Assembly: GCA_963727505.1 (NCBI GenBank)
Contig: CAVSGP010000009.1
Location: forward strand, 576,001 to 640,000
DNA from: an uncultured Trueperaceae bacterium
Lineage (GTDB): Bacteria > Deinococcota > Deinococci > Deinococcales > Trueperaceae
Length of the DNA: 64,000 nucleotides
Reading direction: 5' to 3'
Position numbers and translations under genes: made by a program. The notes beneath the pieces were generated by a model. The model was not told where the DNA came from, did no database searches, and saw only the letters and a program-made list of their open reading frames with translations. This document shows, piece by piece, positions 1 through 9,679 of this stretch (its first letter is position 1; each line of letters starts with the position of its first letter).

Positions 1-1156
1 GGCCGTGCGGGTAGAGCGGGCGGTCGATGGGGTGGACCACGTCCTGGCCCTCGGGCGGCCGGCTCGGGGCGTGCCGCAGGTTCTCGGCGACGGTCTTGCC
101 CGTGACGGTCATGCAGTCGCCGTGGAGCAGGCCGGCGTCGAGCAGCATCTTCATCACCAGCGGGATGCCGCCGGCCCGGTGCAGGTCGGTGGCGACGTAG
201 CGCCCCGAGGGCTTGAGGTCGCAGAAGAGCGGCGTGGTGGCCCGGATACGCTCGAAGTCCTCGAGGGACAGGTCGACCTCCGCGGCGTGCGCGATGGCCA
301 TGAGGTGCAGCACCGCGTTGGTGCTTCCGCCGACGGCCATCACGACCCGGATGGCGTTCTCGAACGCCTTCTTCGTCATGATGTCGCGCGGCAGCAGCTC
401 GTCCTCGACCCGTCGCATCAGCACGCGCGCGCTCTGTTCGGCGTTGAGACGCTTCTCCTCGTCGACGGCAGCCATGGTGCTCGAGCCCGGCAGGCTCATG
501 CCCATCGCCTCGATGGCCGAGGACATGGTGTTGGCGGTGTACATGCCGCCGCAGGAGCCGTTGCCGGGGCAGGCGTTCTGCTCGATGGCGTGGAAGGTGT
601 CCAGCGGGATCCGCCCGGCGGAGTACTGGCCCACGGCCTCGAACACGCTCACGATGGTGAGGTCCTCGCCGTCCAGGTGCCCCGGCTTGATGGTGCCGCC
701 GTAGACGAACACGCTCGGGATGTTGAGGCGCGCGATCGCGATCATCGCACCGGGCATGTTCTTGTCGCAGCCGCCGACGGCGAGCAGGCCGTCCATGCTC
801 TGACCGCGGCACACGGTCTCGATGCTGTCGGCGATCACCTCGCGCGACACCAGGCTGAGCTTCATCCCCTCCGTGCCCATCGAGATGCCGTCGGAGACGG
901 TGATGGTGCCGAACATCTGGGGCATGCCCCCCGCGGCGCGGGCGGCGGCGTCGGCGGCGAGGGCCAGGTCGCCGAGCCCCGCGTTGCACGGGGTGATGGT
1001 GCTGTGGCCGTTGGCGATGGCGACGATCGGTTTGCCGAAGTCGTCGTCGCCGAACCCCACGGCGCGCAGCATGGCGCGGTTGGGTGCGCGCTGGTCGCCG
1101 TCGGTGACCACGGCGCTGCGGCGGTTGAGCTTGGACCGGGTGAGCGTTTCCGACAT
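1..1156 (-). CDS. ilvD: Dihydroxy-acid dehydratase (runs off the window start)
   Basis: Not in the ORF track. Manual minus-strand translation from ATG 1156 (GGGAGG SD upstream): [58 protein letters not shown], later GCDKNMPG and [12 protein letters not shown], which are IlvD motifs. Confidence 0.96.
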   Translation of the reverse strand, partial: MSETLTRSKLNRRSAVVTDGDQRAPNRAMLRAVGFGDDDFGKPIVAIANGHSTITPCNAGLGDLALAADAAARAAGGMPQMFGTITVSDGISMGTEGMKLSLVSREVIADSIETVCRGQSMDGLLAVGGCDKNMPGAMIAIARLNIPSVFVYGGTIKPGHLDGEDLTIVSVFEAVGQYSAGRIPLDTFHAIEQNACPGNGSCGGMYTANTMSSAIEAMGMSLPGSSTMAAVDEEKRLNAEQSARVLMRRVEDELLPRDIMTKKAFENAIRVVMAVGGSTNAVLHLMAIAHAAEVDLSLEDFERIRATTPLFCDLKPSGRYVATDLHRAGGIPLVMKMLLDAGLLHGDCMTVTGKTVAENLRHAPSRPPEGQDVVHPIDRPLYPHG

Positions 1157-1293
1157 GATGGTTCCTCCCGAATGGGCGCATTGTACCGGAGCGGGCGTCG
1201 TCGCGGTCGACGGGGGTGTCCGGTGGCGCGTGGCCCGCGCCGCACGCCGTGCCCGCCGCCCCGAGGGGCGGGCACGGCGTAAGGTGGTACGCG

Positions 1294-1983
1294 ATGAGCC
1301 AACCGACCCCCCGCACCACGAAGACCACGGATGACGGCGCGCCTCAGCGGAGCGTGGAGCTCCAGGAGGTCAGCGTCGTCTTCGGCGGCGAGGCCGTTCT
1401 GGCCGACGTCGATCTGGTCCTACCCGCCGGCAGGACGGTCCTGCTGCGCGGCCCCAACGGTGCCGGCAAGAGCACCCTGCTGCGCGCCATCGCCGGCCTG
1501 CTGCCGTTCAAAGGCGAGATCTTGCTGTTCGGAGCCCGGCCGCGTACGTTGGAAGGGCGCGCCGCTTTCGCCTTCGTGGCCGACGTCCCCACGCTGTTCG
1601 AAGACCTCACCGTGCACGAGCATGCGGCCTTCTTGAGCCGCGCGTACGCGCGGCCTGAAGCCGAGGAGCGGACGCTGGCCTGGTACGAGCGCTTCGAGTT
1701 GGCCGAGCGCGTCGACGAGTTCCCGGGCACCCACTCACGGGGCATGCGGCACAAGGCGGCGCTGGCGCTGGCGCTAGGTCTCGAGCCGGACCTGCTGCTG
1801 CTCGATGAGCCCTTCAACACGCTCGACGCCGACGCGCGCCTGACGCTGGCCGAGGCGCTGCGCGAGCGAGCGAAGGACGGACGCATCAATCTGCTCAGCG
1901 CCCACGATCAATCGCTCGAGCGCGACCTCTCCGCCGAGGTCGTCGAGGTGCGTGGCGGTCACGTGAGCCGGCTCCGTGGCTAG
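1294..1983 (+). CDS. ABC transporter ATP-binding protein
   Basis: Walker [10 protein letters not shown], signature-like HSRGM, Walker B LLLLDEP, H-loop SAHD. Start placed at ATG 1294 (MSQPTP). Confidence 0.88.
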   Translation: MSQPTPRTTKTTDDGAPQRSVELQEVSVVFGGEAVLADVDLVLPAGRTVLLRGPNGAGKSTLLRAIAGLLPFKGEILLFGARPRTLEGRAAFAFVADVPTLFEDLTVHEHAAFLSRAYARPEAEERTLAWYERFELAERVDEFPGTHSRGMRHKAALALALGLEPDLLLLDEPFNTLDADARLTLAEALRERAKDGRINLLSAHDQSLERDLSAEVVEVRGGHVSRLRG

Positions 1984-3418
1984 CGCGTCGGCCGCCGGGC
2001 GCCCAGCCGTAGGAGCGAGCCTGGGGGCGCTGGAGCGCCGCATGCTGCGGCGCCGGGTGGGACGCGGTACCCACTGGGTGGGGCGGACCTTCGGCTGGTC
2101 CACGATCATCTACCTGGTGTTCTGGATCGCGCTGTTCGTGGTGGGCGGCGTGCAGTCCGCCGCTCCGATCGAGCGGCCCCTGCCGCTGGCGATCCTGCCG
2201 ATCGCTCTCGACGGCCTGGCCCTGCTCGCACTGGTGAGCGTGTCGCTGCAGCGCTCGCCTCCGGTGGTGCTCGGTCGCAGCCACGCCATGCTGCTGGGGC
2301 TGTCGCCCTGGCCGGCCCAGCGCGTCCTGCGCCCGCGCCTGCTCGGCTTCTTCGCGTCGCGGGTGATCGTCGGCGCCGTCGTCGGCACCGCCACATGGCT
2401 TCTGGTCACCATCCTGTTCGGGGTATCGGTGCCGGCGCTGGTGGCGCTCGGCGCCGGTCTATGGCTGCTGCGAGCGGCGCTGGCGATGCTGGTATACGAG
2501 CGCCGGCCCGTCGCCCTGCCGCTGGCCCTGCTGGCCGTCGTGCTGGCGGCGCTGGGGGCCGCCTCCGGGCCGTTGGGATTCGAGCAGGGCGCTGCCGCGC
2601 CCGCGCTCGCCGCGGGGGTGGCGTCGGCACTGGGCCTGGCGGCGGCCGCCGCCGCGTACGCCTACCAGGGGAAGGGCTACCCCGCCGGCTACCTCTTCGA
2701 CGCCATGGTGGTCGCCGAGTTCCGCGCGTCCGTGCTGATGGCGGTGATGACGCAGAGCGCGGGCGCATTACGCAGGCGCGGCACCACCACCCGCACGCGC
2801 CGGCGGGCGAAGGGCCGCCGCTCGGGCAGCGCCCGGCTGCGGCTGCCGGCACCATCGACGGAGTACGGCGCGCTCGGCGCCGTGGCCTGGCGCAGCGCGT
2901 TGAGCCTGCTGCGGGCGCCGCTTCTCATGAAGGTGGCGCTGCTGGCGGCGCTCGGCTACGTCTACGCCATGCTCTCGGCCGGCGTGGTGGGCGGCCTGCC
3001 GCTGGCGGTCCTGGGTCTGGCGGCGGGGTTCCTGGCGTCGTGGTTGCTGGGGCCGTCGGCGGAGCCCGCGCCGCTCCCGCTCGATCCCTTCGCGCGCGGC
3101 GGCGGGCGGGTCCTGCCGGGCCTGTTCGCGGCCGCCGTGCTGTTCGCACTGTTTGCCGCCGTGCGCTCCGCGACCGGCGGCCCCGCGGGGTCGGGGGAGG
3201 CGGGGCTGCTGGGGTTCGCGCTGGTCGCGCTGGCCACGGTCACCCTGGAGAAGGCGTCGAGCTGGCTGCACGTGTCGCATCGCGAGTGGACGGCCTGGGG
3301 TCTGTCGGGACTGCTGAGCGGCACCTTGATGTGGGTCCTGAGCGCGCTCGGAGGTCCGGGCGTGATCACGCTGGGGGCGCTGGGACTGGCCTTCGGAAGT
3401 CTGCTGGTCCTGCCCTGA
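1976..3418 (+). CDS. Multi-pass membrane protein, probable ABC permease partner
   Basis: Many hydrophobic helices with a central Arg-rich loop; overlaps the ATPase stop by 8 nt. Confidence 0.7.
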   Translation: MASASAAGRPAVGASLGALERRMLRRRVGRGTHWVGRTFGWSTIIYLVFWIALFVVGGVQSAAPIERPLPLAILPIALDGLALLALVSVSLQRSPPVVLGRSHAMLLGLSPWPAQRVLRPRLLGFFASRVIVGAVVGTATWLLVTILFGVSVPALVALGAGLWLLRAALAMLVYERRPVALPLALLAVVLAALGAASGPLGFEQGAAAPALAAGVASALGLAAAAAAYAYQGKGYPAGYLFDAMVVAEFRASVLMAVMTQSAGALRRRGTTTRTRRRAKGRRSGSARLRLPAPSTEYGALGAVAWRSALSLLRAPLLMKVALLAALGYVYAMLSAGVVGGLPLAVLGLAAGFLASWLLGPSAEPAPLPLDPFARGGGRVLPGLFAAAVLFALFAAVRSATGGPAGSGEAGLLGFALVALATVTLEKASSWLHVSHREWTAWGLSGLLSGTLMWVLSALGGPGVITLGALGLAFGSLLVLP

Positions 3419-3439
3419 GGCCCTCGCCGGAGCGGCGCC

Positions 3440-3895
3440 TCAGCGGCGCGGCAACAGCAGCACGATCGAGACCGCCATCAACAGCAGCCCCACCGCGCGG
3501 CTGGGCGTCACCGGGATGCGCGCGCCGCCCCAGCCTGCGGCGTCGATGATGACAGCCGCCGTCATCTGGCCGACGATGATCCCGCCGAGCCCGGCAGCGA
3601 TGCCCAGACGCGGCAGCGCGAAGGCGATGCCTGTGAGGATGCCGATGCCGAGCGCTCCGGCCGCGCCCCAGTAGGGCGAGCTGCGTAGCAGCGTGCCCCA
3701 CAGCAGGCCGCCACCCAGGATCGAGACGAGCAGCAGGACGACCACCGACAGAGTGCCGCCGGCGACGTTGACCAGCAGGCCCGTGCGCACCGCGCCGAGC
3801 GACTTCTCGGCGATGCGCATCACGCTGCCCTGCGTGCCGATGGCGATGCCTGCGACCAGGCTGGCGAGCACTGCGGCGACCACGGACTTCTCCAT
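3440..3895 (-). CDS. DMT-superfamily small membrane transporter (YdcZ-like)
   Basis: 151 aa, about 5 TM; pattern AGIAIGTQG ... GQMTAAVIIDAAGW ... RAVGLLLM. Confidence 0.8.
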   Translation of the reverse strand: MEKSVVAAVLASLVAGIAIGTQGSVMRIAEKSLGAVRTGLLVNVAGGTLSVVVLLLVSILGGGLLWGTLLRSSPYWGAAGALGIGILTGIAFALPRLGIAAGLGGIIVGQMTAAVIIDAAGWGGARIPVTPSRAVGLLLMAVSIVLLLPRR

Positions 3896-4015
3896 CTTCC
3901 ACCTCCGGGCCCCCGCGTGACGCCGCGGCTCCCGTATCGTCGAGAGGACCGGTGGCGGGACCCTACCTCCCGCCCGGGGCGACGACGACCATCGTACCGT
4001 GGGACGGCGGACCGG

Positions 4016-5101
4016 CTAGACCCAGGAAGGCGTCCACAGCTCCGGCAGCAAGCGCGCGCCGACGAGCGCTTCGAGATCGAGGACGCCGTCGGCAAGGGGG
4101 AGGGGCCGGTCGAGGCTGTCGCGCTTCAGCTTCAGCGGGAAGCTGAGCTCGCTCGGGTGGGTCACGCCCTCCTGGCTCGCTGCCACGGCGCTGTGCAGCG
4201 TCCCGAGCCCGCTCGAGGCCTGCGAGCCGATCATGACGCCCTTGCCGGCGTCCCGCGCCATCGCCAGCATGCGCAGCGTGTCGTGCCAGCCGCTGCGGGC
4301 CGGCTTGATGTTGAGGATGTCGAAGGTGTCTGCCTCCAGCTCGCGCTCGAGCTCGGCGGGCGTGAAGGCGCTGTCGTCGGCGATGAGCGGCAGGATGCTT
4401 GCGGCGCGAAGCCGGCGCCGTGCCGCCAGGCGGTGGACGGGCAGCGGCTCTTCGACGTAGGCGACTCCCAGAGCGGCGAGGCGCTCCAGGACCCGCGGTG
4501 CGTCGGCCTCGTCCAGCGTCTCGTTGGCGTCGGCATAGAGCAGCACGTCGTCGTCCAGTGCGTCCCGCAACGATGCCAGCACGTGCGCGTCGTGCTCGGG
4601 GTCGCGACCCACCTTGACCTTCAGAACGCGCACGCCGGCCGCCACCACCGCACGCGCTTCGGCCAGCATGGCGTCGAGGCCCGCGATGCCCAGGATGAAG
4701 CTGACGCGGGGGCGTCGCTGCGGCCCCATCGAGCGCGTTGCCAGGCTGCCTCCCCGCGACGCCGCTGCCGCTTCGGCCAGCGCCAGGTCGAGCGCACCCT
4801 TGAGGGCGTGGTTGAACGGTAGTGCGTCCAGGGCTCGCCGCTGGGCGGGGGTGTCCTCGACGTCGACCCCTCGCAGGCGCGGCTCGAGGTGGTAGCGGAG
4901 CGCGGCCTCCATGCCCTCGCGCGTCTCGCCGTAGATGGTCGGTCGCACCGGCGCCTCGGCCACGCCGAGAGCGCCGCCTTCGAGCTCCACACCGACGAGC
5001 AGGTGCTCCAGGGCACGCAGCTCGCTGCCCGCGCCCCAGCGCAGGGCGCGGGCCATGGGCAGCGACAGCGGGGCGAAGCCGATGCGGGCGATGCGGGTCA
5101 T
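4016..5101 (-). CDS. Enolase-superfamily enzyme, muconate lactonizing/OSBS/epimerase subgroup
   Basis: MTRIARIGF start; KVKVG (KxK), DANE, EEP, DDS and NIKP metal/catalytic motifs. Confidence 0.85.
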   Translation of the reverse strand: MTRIARIGFAPLSLPMARALRWGAGSELRALEHLLVGVELEGGALGVAEAPVRPTIYGETREGMEAALRYHLEPRLRGVDVEDTPAQRRALDALPFNHALKGALDLALAEAAAASRGGSLATRSMGPQRRPRVSFILGIAGLDAMLAEARAVVAAGVRVLKVKVGRDPEHDAHVLASLRDALDDDVLLYADANETLDEADAPRVLERLAALGVAYVEEPLPVHRLAARRRLRAASILPLIADDSAFTPAELERELEADTFDILNIKPARSGWHDTLRMLAMARDAGKGVMIGSQASSGLGTLHSAVAASQEGVTHPSELSFPLKLKRDSLDRPLPLADGVLDLEALVGARLLPELWTPSWV

Positions 5102-5111
5102 GCCGACCAGC

Positions 5112-5864
5112 CTACAGCCAGGAGGCGAGGCGCCGGGCGACCTGACGCGGGTCGAGCCGTCCGGTGTCGAGCCGCAAGCGCCGGCGCTCGGGAAGCGGAT
5201 CGAGCCGCTGCCAGGCGGCGCCCGGGTCGTAGTGCAAGCTCTCCTCGGCGACCACCCGGGCGCCGGTCTCGACCGCGTCCGGATCGAGTCCGGCGGCGTC
5301 GGCCGCCAGCCCCGCCAGGTCGGCCAGCCTCTCCAGGCCCTCGATGCGGCGCAGGCGCGCGAGCAGCGCGTCGTGCGCCGCGCCGTGCGCTGTCTGGGGC
5401 ACCGTGTCGGCGGAACCGACACGGTCGAAGGCGTCGCCGCGGCCCGCCAGACGCAGCACCCTGATCGCGGCCGGCGCCTCCAGGGCGACGAAGCGAGCGT
5501 GGGCGAAGACCTCCACGGCGTAACCCACCTCGTCCTCGCCGCGCAGGTTGTCGAACAGCGCCAGCGGAGCGTCGTTCGCTCCTGGCGCTTCGCTCGCAAG
5601 GTAGCGCTCCAGGGCGTGGGCCATGCCCCCGGGATGGGCGCGGCGGTAGCGCGCGGTGAGGCGGAAGCGCTCCAGCCGATCGCGCACGGGCCGCTGCGCC
5701 ATCCCCTCCAGCCGCTGCGCCTCGGGGATGACCAGCGCGTCGGCCAGTGCGCGCCGATTGGGGAGCAAGCGGGCGCCGGACACCATGGTGCGCAGTGCCT
5801 CGAGGGTGGTGCTCTTCCCGACCCCGGTGAGGCCCACCAAGATGACCAGGGCGCGCTCAGCCAC
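5112..5864 (-). CDS. Uncharacterised P-loop NTPase/kinase-like protein
   Basis: N-terminal LVILVGLTGVGKSTT Walker A; later LFDNLRG and FVALEAP, resembling nucleotide-kinase folds. GTG start at 5864 is inferred. Confidence 0.7.
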   Translation of the reverse strand: MAERALVILVGLTGVGKSTTLEALRTMVSGARLLPNRRALADALVIPEAQRLEGMAQRPVRDRLERFRLTARYRRAHPGGMAHALERYLASEAPGANDAPLALFDNLRGEDEVGYAVEVFAHARFVALEAPAAIRVLRLAGRGDAFDRVGSADTVPQTAHGAAHDALLARLRRIEGLERLADLAGLAADAAGLDPDAVETGARVVAEESLHYDPGAAWQRLDPLPERRRLRLDTGRLDPRQVARRLASWL

Positions 5865-5917
5865 GGCGCCCCGGCGTCGTACGTCCCGGCGTTGCGCGCG
5901 AAGCCCGGCGCACTCCG

Positions 5918-7117
5918 TCAGGCCAGCGCCGCGAGGCGCCGGCACGCTTCACGAAGGGCGTCTTCTTCCTTGCAGAAGGCCAGGCGTACGAGGTTGCGGG
6001 CCAGGTGCTTGTGGTCTTCGGTGTAGAACGCGCTCGGGGGGATGGCGCCGACGCCGGCGCGAGCCGGCAGGTCGCGACACAGCGTCACGTCGTCGTCGTA
6101 CCCCAGGGCGCTGCTATCGGCCACCACGAAGTAGCCGGCGTCGGGCACCATGGGCTCGAACGGGGTGGGCGCCAGAGCCTCGAGGAGCACGTCGCGGCGG
6201 CGACGGAAGCCGCCCTCCAGCTCCCGATAGTAGTCGCTCTGGCGCGCGTGGCGCAGCATGCTCGCGCCGGCGCGTTGCAGCGGCGTGGCGACATCGAAGG
6301 GGATCCACTGGTGGGCCATCGTCACGGCGTGCACCAGCGCCTCCGGGCCGGTCACCCAACCCACCTTCCAGCCGGTCACCGAGAAAGTCTTTCCCAGGCT
6401 GGCCACGGTCAGGGTGCGCTCCCAGGCGCCGGGGCGGCTGGCGAGCGGGACGTGCTCGGTGAACGCGATGCGCTGGTAGACCTCGTCGCTGATGAGCACC
6501 GCGCCGACCCGCGTCGCCTCGGCGACCAGGGCGTCGAGCTCCGCCGGGCTGAAGACCTTGCCCGTCGGGTTGTGGGGCGTGTTCACGACGATCGCGCGCG
6601 TGCCTGGCCCCACCGCGCGGTGGAGCTTCTCCGGGTCGAGGTGCCATGCCCCGTCGACGAGATCGAGCGGCAGGAAGCGGGGCACGCCTCCGGCCATCAC
6701 CACGTCTGCGGGATAGGCATCGTAGAAGGGCTCGATCAGCAGCACCTCGTCGCCCGGCGAGACGAGCGCCTGGATGGCTGCGAACAGTCCCTCCGTCGCG
6801 CCCACCGTCACGAGCACGTTGGCGGCCGGGTCGAGTTCGCGCTCCAGGCGGCCGCCGACGTCGAGGGCGATCTCCTCGGTGAGCTCGGGCAGGCCGCCCA
6901 GCGGCGCGTACTGCTGCCCGCCGTGGGCGCTGGCCGCCAACGCCTCGAGGACGAAGCGAGGCGGGTCGAAGCCGGGGAATCCCTGGCCGAGGTCGATGGC
7001 GCCGTGCTGGCGGGCCAGCCGCGAGTAGGTCGCGAAGACCGTCTCGCGGAAGCCCGCGATGCGGCTCGACGCCCGCGGCAGCGGCGCGCTGGGGGTGGGG
7101 CTCGGATCAGCGGACAT
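5918..7117 (-). CDS. PLP-dependent class I/II aminotransferase (YbdL/kynurenine aminotransferase-like)
   Basis: IDLGQGFP, NTPHNPTGKV, DEVY, SLGKTFSVTGWKVG. Leaderless start 7 nt after TACAAT. Confidence 0.92.
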   Translation of the reverse strand: MSADPSPTPSAPLPRASSRIAGFRETVFATYSRLARQHGAIDLGQGFPGFDPPRFVLEALAASAHGGQQYAPLGGLPELTEEIALDVGGRLERELDPAANVLVTVGATEGLFAAIQALVSPGDEVLLIEPFYDAYPADVVMAGGVPRFLPLDLVDGAWHLDPEKLHRAVGPGTRAIVVNTPHNPTGKVFSPAELDALVAEATRVGAVLISDEVYQRIAFTEHVPLASRPGAWERTLTVASLGKTFSVTGWKVGWVTGPEALVHAVTMAHQWIPFDVATPLQRAGASMLRHARQSDYYRELEGGFRRRRDVLLEALAPTPFEPMVPDAGYFVVADSSALGYDDDVTLCRDLPARAGVGAIPPSAFYTEDHKHLARNLVRLAFCKEEDALREACRRLAALA

Positions 7118-7202
7118 CGCGGTCATTGTACGGGCCGAACGCGCGCCGCCTCGCCGCGGCGCGCGTTCGCGAGGACACGCACGCGAGGTGCGCGGGCGCC
7201 GC

Positions 7203-8282
7203 TCAGGCGACGGGCGCGGCGGCCGCCTGCAGCGCGGCGATGACGGCGTCGGTGAAGGCCTCGGTGCCGCGGGTGCCGCCGAGATCGACGGTGGCGTCAT
7301 CGTTCAGCGCCGCCTGCACGGCCGTCTCCAGCGCGTCCGCGGCCGCGAGCTCATCGAGGCCGTGGCGCAGCATCATGGCCGCGGACAGCAGGGTGCCGAC
7401 GGGGTTGGCGACGCCCTTGCCGGCGATGTCCGGCGCGCTGCCGTGAACCGGCTCGTAGAGCCCCACGTCACCGCCCAGGCTGGCCGAGGGGAGCACCCCC
7501 AGCGAGCCGGGGATGACGGCGGCGAGGTCGGAGAGGATGTCGCCGAAGAGATTGCCCGTGACGACCACGTCGAACTCGGTCGGCGCACGCACGATCTGCA
7601 TGGCGGCGTTGTCCACGTAGAGATGGTCGAGTTCCACGTCGGGGAACTCGGCCTGGTGCACGCCCAACACCACATCGCGCCAGAACTGCGAGACGTCCAG
7701 CACGTTGGACTTGTCGACGTTGGTGACCTTGTTGCGGCGCTTGCGCGCGGTCTCGAACGCCACCCGGGCGATGCGCTCCACCTCGTAGCGGTCGTAGACC
7801 ATGGTGGAGAGGCCCTGCTCCTCGCGCGCGTAGGAGGGCTTGCCGAAGTAGATGCCGCCGGTGAGCTCGCGCAGGATGAGGAGGTCCGTGCCGCGGGCGA
7901 CCGACTCCTTGAGGGGGGAGAGGCGCTCGAGCCCGGCGAACACCTTCACCGGCCGCAGGTTGGCGTACACCCCGAGGTGGCGCCGTAGCGCCAGGATGCC
8001 GGACTCGACGCGCTTCTCGCGCGGCAGCCGGTTCCACGGGTGGTCGCCGACCGGGCCGCCGGCCGATCCCATCAGCACCGCGTCGGCGCGGCTGCTGGCG
8101 TCCCGGGTGACCTGCGGCAGCGGTTCGCCGTGGCTGTCGATGGCGCCGCCGCCGAAGGGCAGGCGCTCGAACTCGAACGTCAGGCCGTGGGTGGCCTGCA
8201 TCGCCTCCAGCGTGCGCACCGTGGCGTCGATGACCTCCGGGCCGATGAAGTCGCCCGGCAGGACCGCGATGTGGTAGCTCAT
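7203..8282 (-). CDS. leuB: 3-isopropylmalate dehydrogenase
   Basis: IAVLPGDFIGPEV, RELTGGIYFG, NLFGDILSD, EPVHGSAPDIAG. Confidence 0.96.
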   Translation of the reverse strand: MSYHIAVLPGDFIGPEVIDATVRTLEAMQATHGLTFEFERLPFGGGAIDSHGEPLPQVTRDASSRADAVLMGSAGGPVGDHPWNRLPREKRVESGILALRRHLGVYANLRPVKVFAGLERLSPLKESVARGTDLLILRELTGGIYFGKPSYAREEQGLSTMVYDRYEVERIARVAFETARKRRNKVTNVDKSNVLDVSQFWRDVVLGVHQAEFPDVELDHLYVDNAAMQIVRAPTEFDVVVTGNLFGDILSDLAAVIPGSLGVLPSASLGGDVGLYEPVHGSAPDIAGKGVANPVGTLLSAAMMLRHGLDELAAADALETAVQAALNDDATVDLGGTRGTEAFTDAVIAALQAAAAPVA

Positions 8283-9064
8283 ATCGTCTCTCCCTCCGCG
8301 GGGCGGGTGGCCAGGACCACCGCCATGGGCAGCGCGAAGCGCACCGCCTCCCCGGCGTCGTACTCGATGGTGAACAGCTGTCGCTCGAGCGGCCCGGCCT
8401 CCTGGAAGAGCCTGCGCACCTCGGCCTGCTCGGGCTCCGGGAGCGCCATGCGGCCGATCCAGGTGTCGACCTCCATGCGGTAGCGGGTGTCGGCGTCGCC
8501 AACCACCCAGAGCAGGCCCGCCGCGGCGAGCATGGCACGCCACTCGTCCAGGGTGTAGGCGCGCACGTGGGTAGCGTCGCGCGCGCGTTCGATGGCGTCG
8601 AGCCAGGCGTCGACGCGCGCGTCCGGGGTGATCTCGTCGACCAGCACGAAGCGCCCGCCGGGCCGCAGCACGCGCGCGATCTCGCGCAGCGTGGCGTGCG
8701 GGTCGGAATGGTGATGAAGGGTGTGGCGCGCCGTCACCAGGTCGAACGCCTCGTCAGGTTGACCGGTGGCGTCGCCGGGGGCCTCGACGAAGTGAAGTCC
8801 CGCCCGCTCGCCGTAGCGCTGGCGCGCCGCGTCGAGCATGCCTGGCTCGGGATCGAGCCCCACCACCTCGGCACCCGCTTCGGCCAGGCGCGCGGCGGTA
8901 TGGCCGGTGCCGGTGCCGATATCGAGACAACGCTCGCCGGGGCGCGGATCGGCCAGCCGGAGGAGCCGCGCGAGGGAGGGGCCGGCCACGTGCTCGCGGC
9001 TGGCGGCGTAGGCCGCCCCGCGCTCGGACCAGCCTCGCCCCTGTGCCTCGGCGGAGGCGCCCAC
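8279..9064 (-). CDS. Class I SAM-dependent methyltransferase (UbiE-like fold)
   Basis: LDIGTGTGH motif I, FDLVTARHTLHH, RVLRPGG. Lies between leuD and leuB with an ATGA overlap onto leuB. Confidence 0.88.
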   Translation of the reverse strand: MGASAEAQGRGWSERGAAYAASREHVAGPSLARLLRLADPRPGERCLDIGTGTGHTAARLAEAGAEVVGLDPEPGMLDAARQRYGERAGLHFVEAPGDATGQPDEAFDLVTARHTLHHHSDPHATLREIARVLRPGGRFVLVDEITPDARVDAWLDAIERARDATHVRAYTLDEWRAMLAAAGLLWVVGDADTRYRMEVDTWIGRMALPEPEQAEVRRLFQEAGPLERQLFTIEYDAGEAVRFALPMAVVLATRPAEGETI

Positions 9065-9069
9065 CGGAC

Positions 9070-9678
9070 TCAGGCGCCGGAGGCGACGTGCCCCAGGCGC
9101 TCGGCCACCGCGCGCACGGCGGGCTCCCCTTCGAGCAGCTCGCCGAGCGGGTCCCAGAAGCCATCGAGCAGCGCTTCCCGGGCCGACGACGGCAGGCTCA
9201 CCTCGAAGGTCTGGTCGCCGGCGCGCACCTGACCGGCGGCGACGTCGATGACGAGCTCGAGCTGCGGGTCGGCGCGCACCGCTTCGATCAGGGCGCGACG
9301 CGCCTCGGGGGAGACCGCCACGCACACCAGCCCCAGGGTCGTGGCGTTCCCGAAGAAGATCTCGGCGAAGCTCTCCGCGATGACGGCCTTGAAGCCGGCG
9401 CGGGCGATCGACTGCGGGGCGTGCTCGCGGCTCGACCCGCAACCGAAGTTGCTGCCCGAGATCAGCATGCGCGCGCCCGCGTAGCGCGGGTCGTCGAGCG
9501 CGTGCCCCTTGGCGGCGCCGGACTCGTCGAAGCGCTCGTCGCGGAACAGCCCCTCGGCGAGATCGTCGAAGGTCACGCACTTCAGGTAGCGCGCGGGGAT
9601 GATGCGGTCGGTGTCGATGTCGTCGCCGGGCAGCGGAACGGCCCGCCCCCGGACCTCGCGGATGGCTTCCATCGCCAT
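9070..9678 (-). CDS. leuD: 3-isopropylmalate dehydratase small subunit
   Basis: DIDTDRIIPARYL, NFGCGSSREHA. Confidence 0.96.
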   Translation of the reverse strand: MAMEAIREVRGRAVPLPGDDIDTDRIIPARYLKCVTFDDLAEGLFRDERFDESGAAKGHALDDPRYAGARMLISGSNFGCGSSREHAPQSIARAGFKAVIAESFAEIFFGNATTLGLVCVAVSPEARRALIEAVRADPQLELVIDVAAGQVRAGDQTFEVSLPSSAREALLDGFWDPLGELLEGEPAVRAVAERLGHVASGA

Positions 9679-9679
9679 G

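Noticed and set aside
5..1282. 425-aa plus-strand ORF
   Set aside because: Antisense shadow of ilvD, which has clear motifs on the minus strand.
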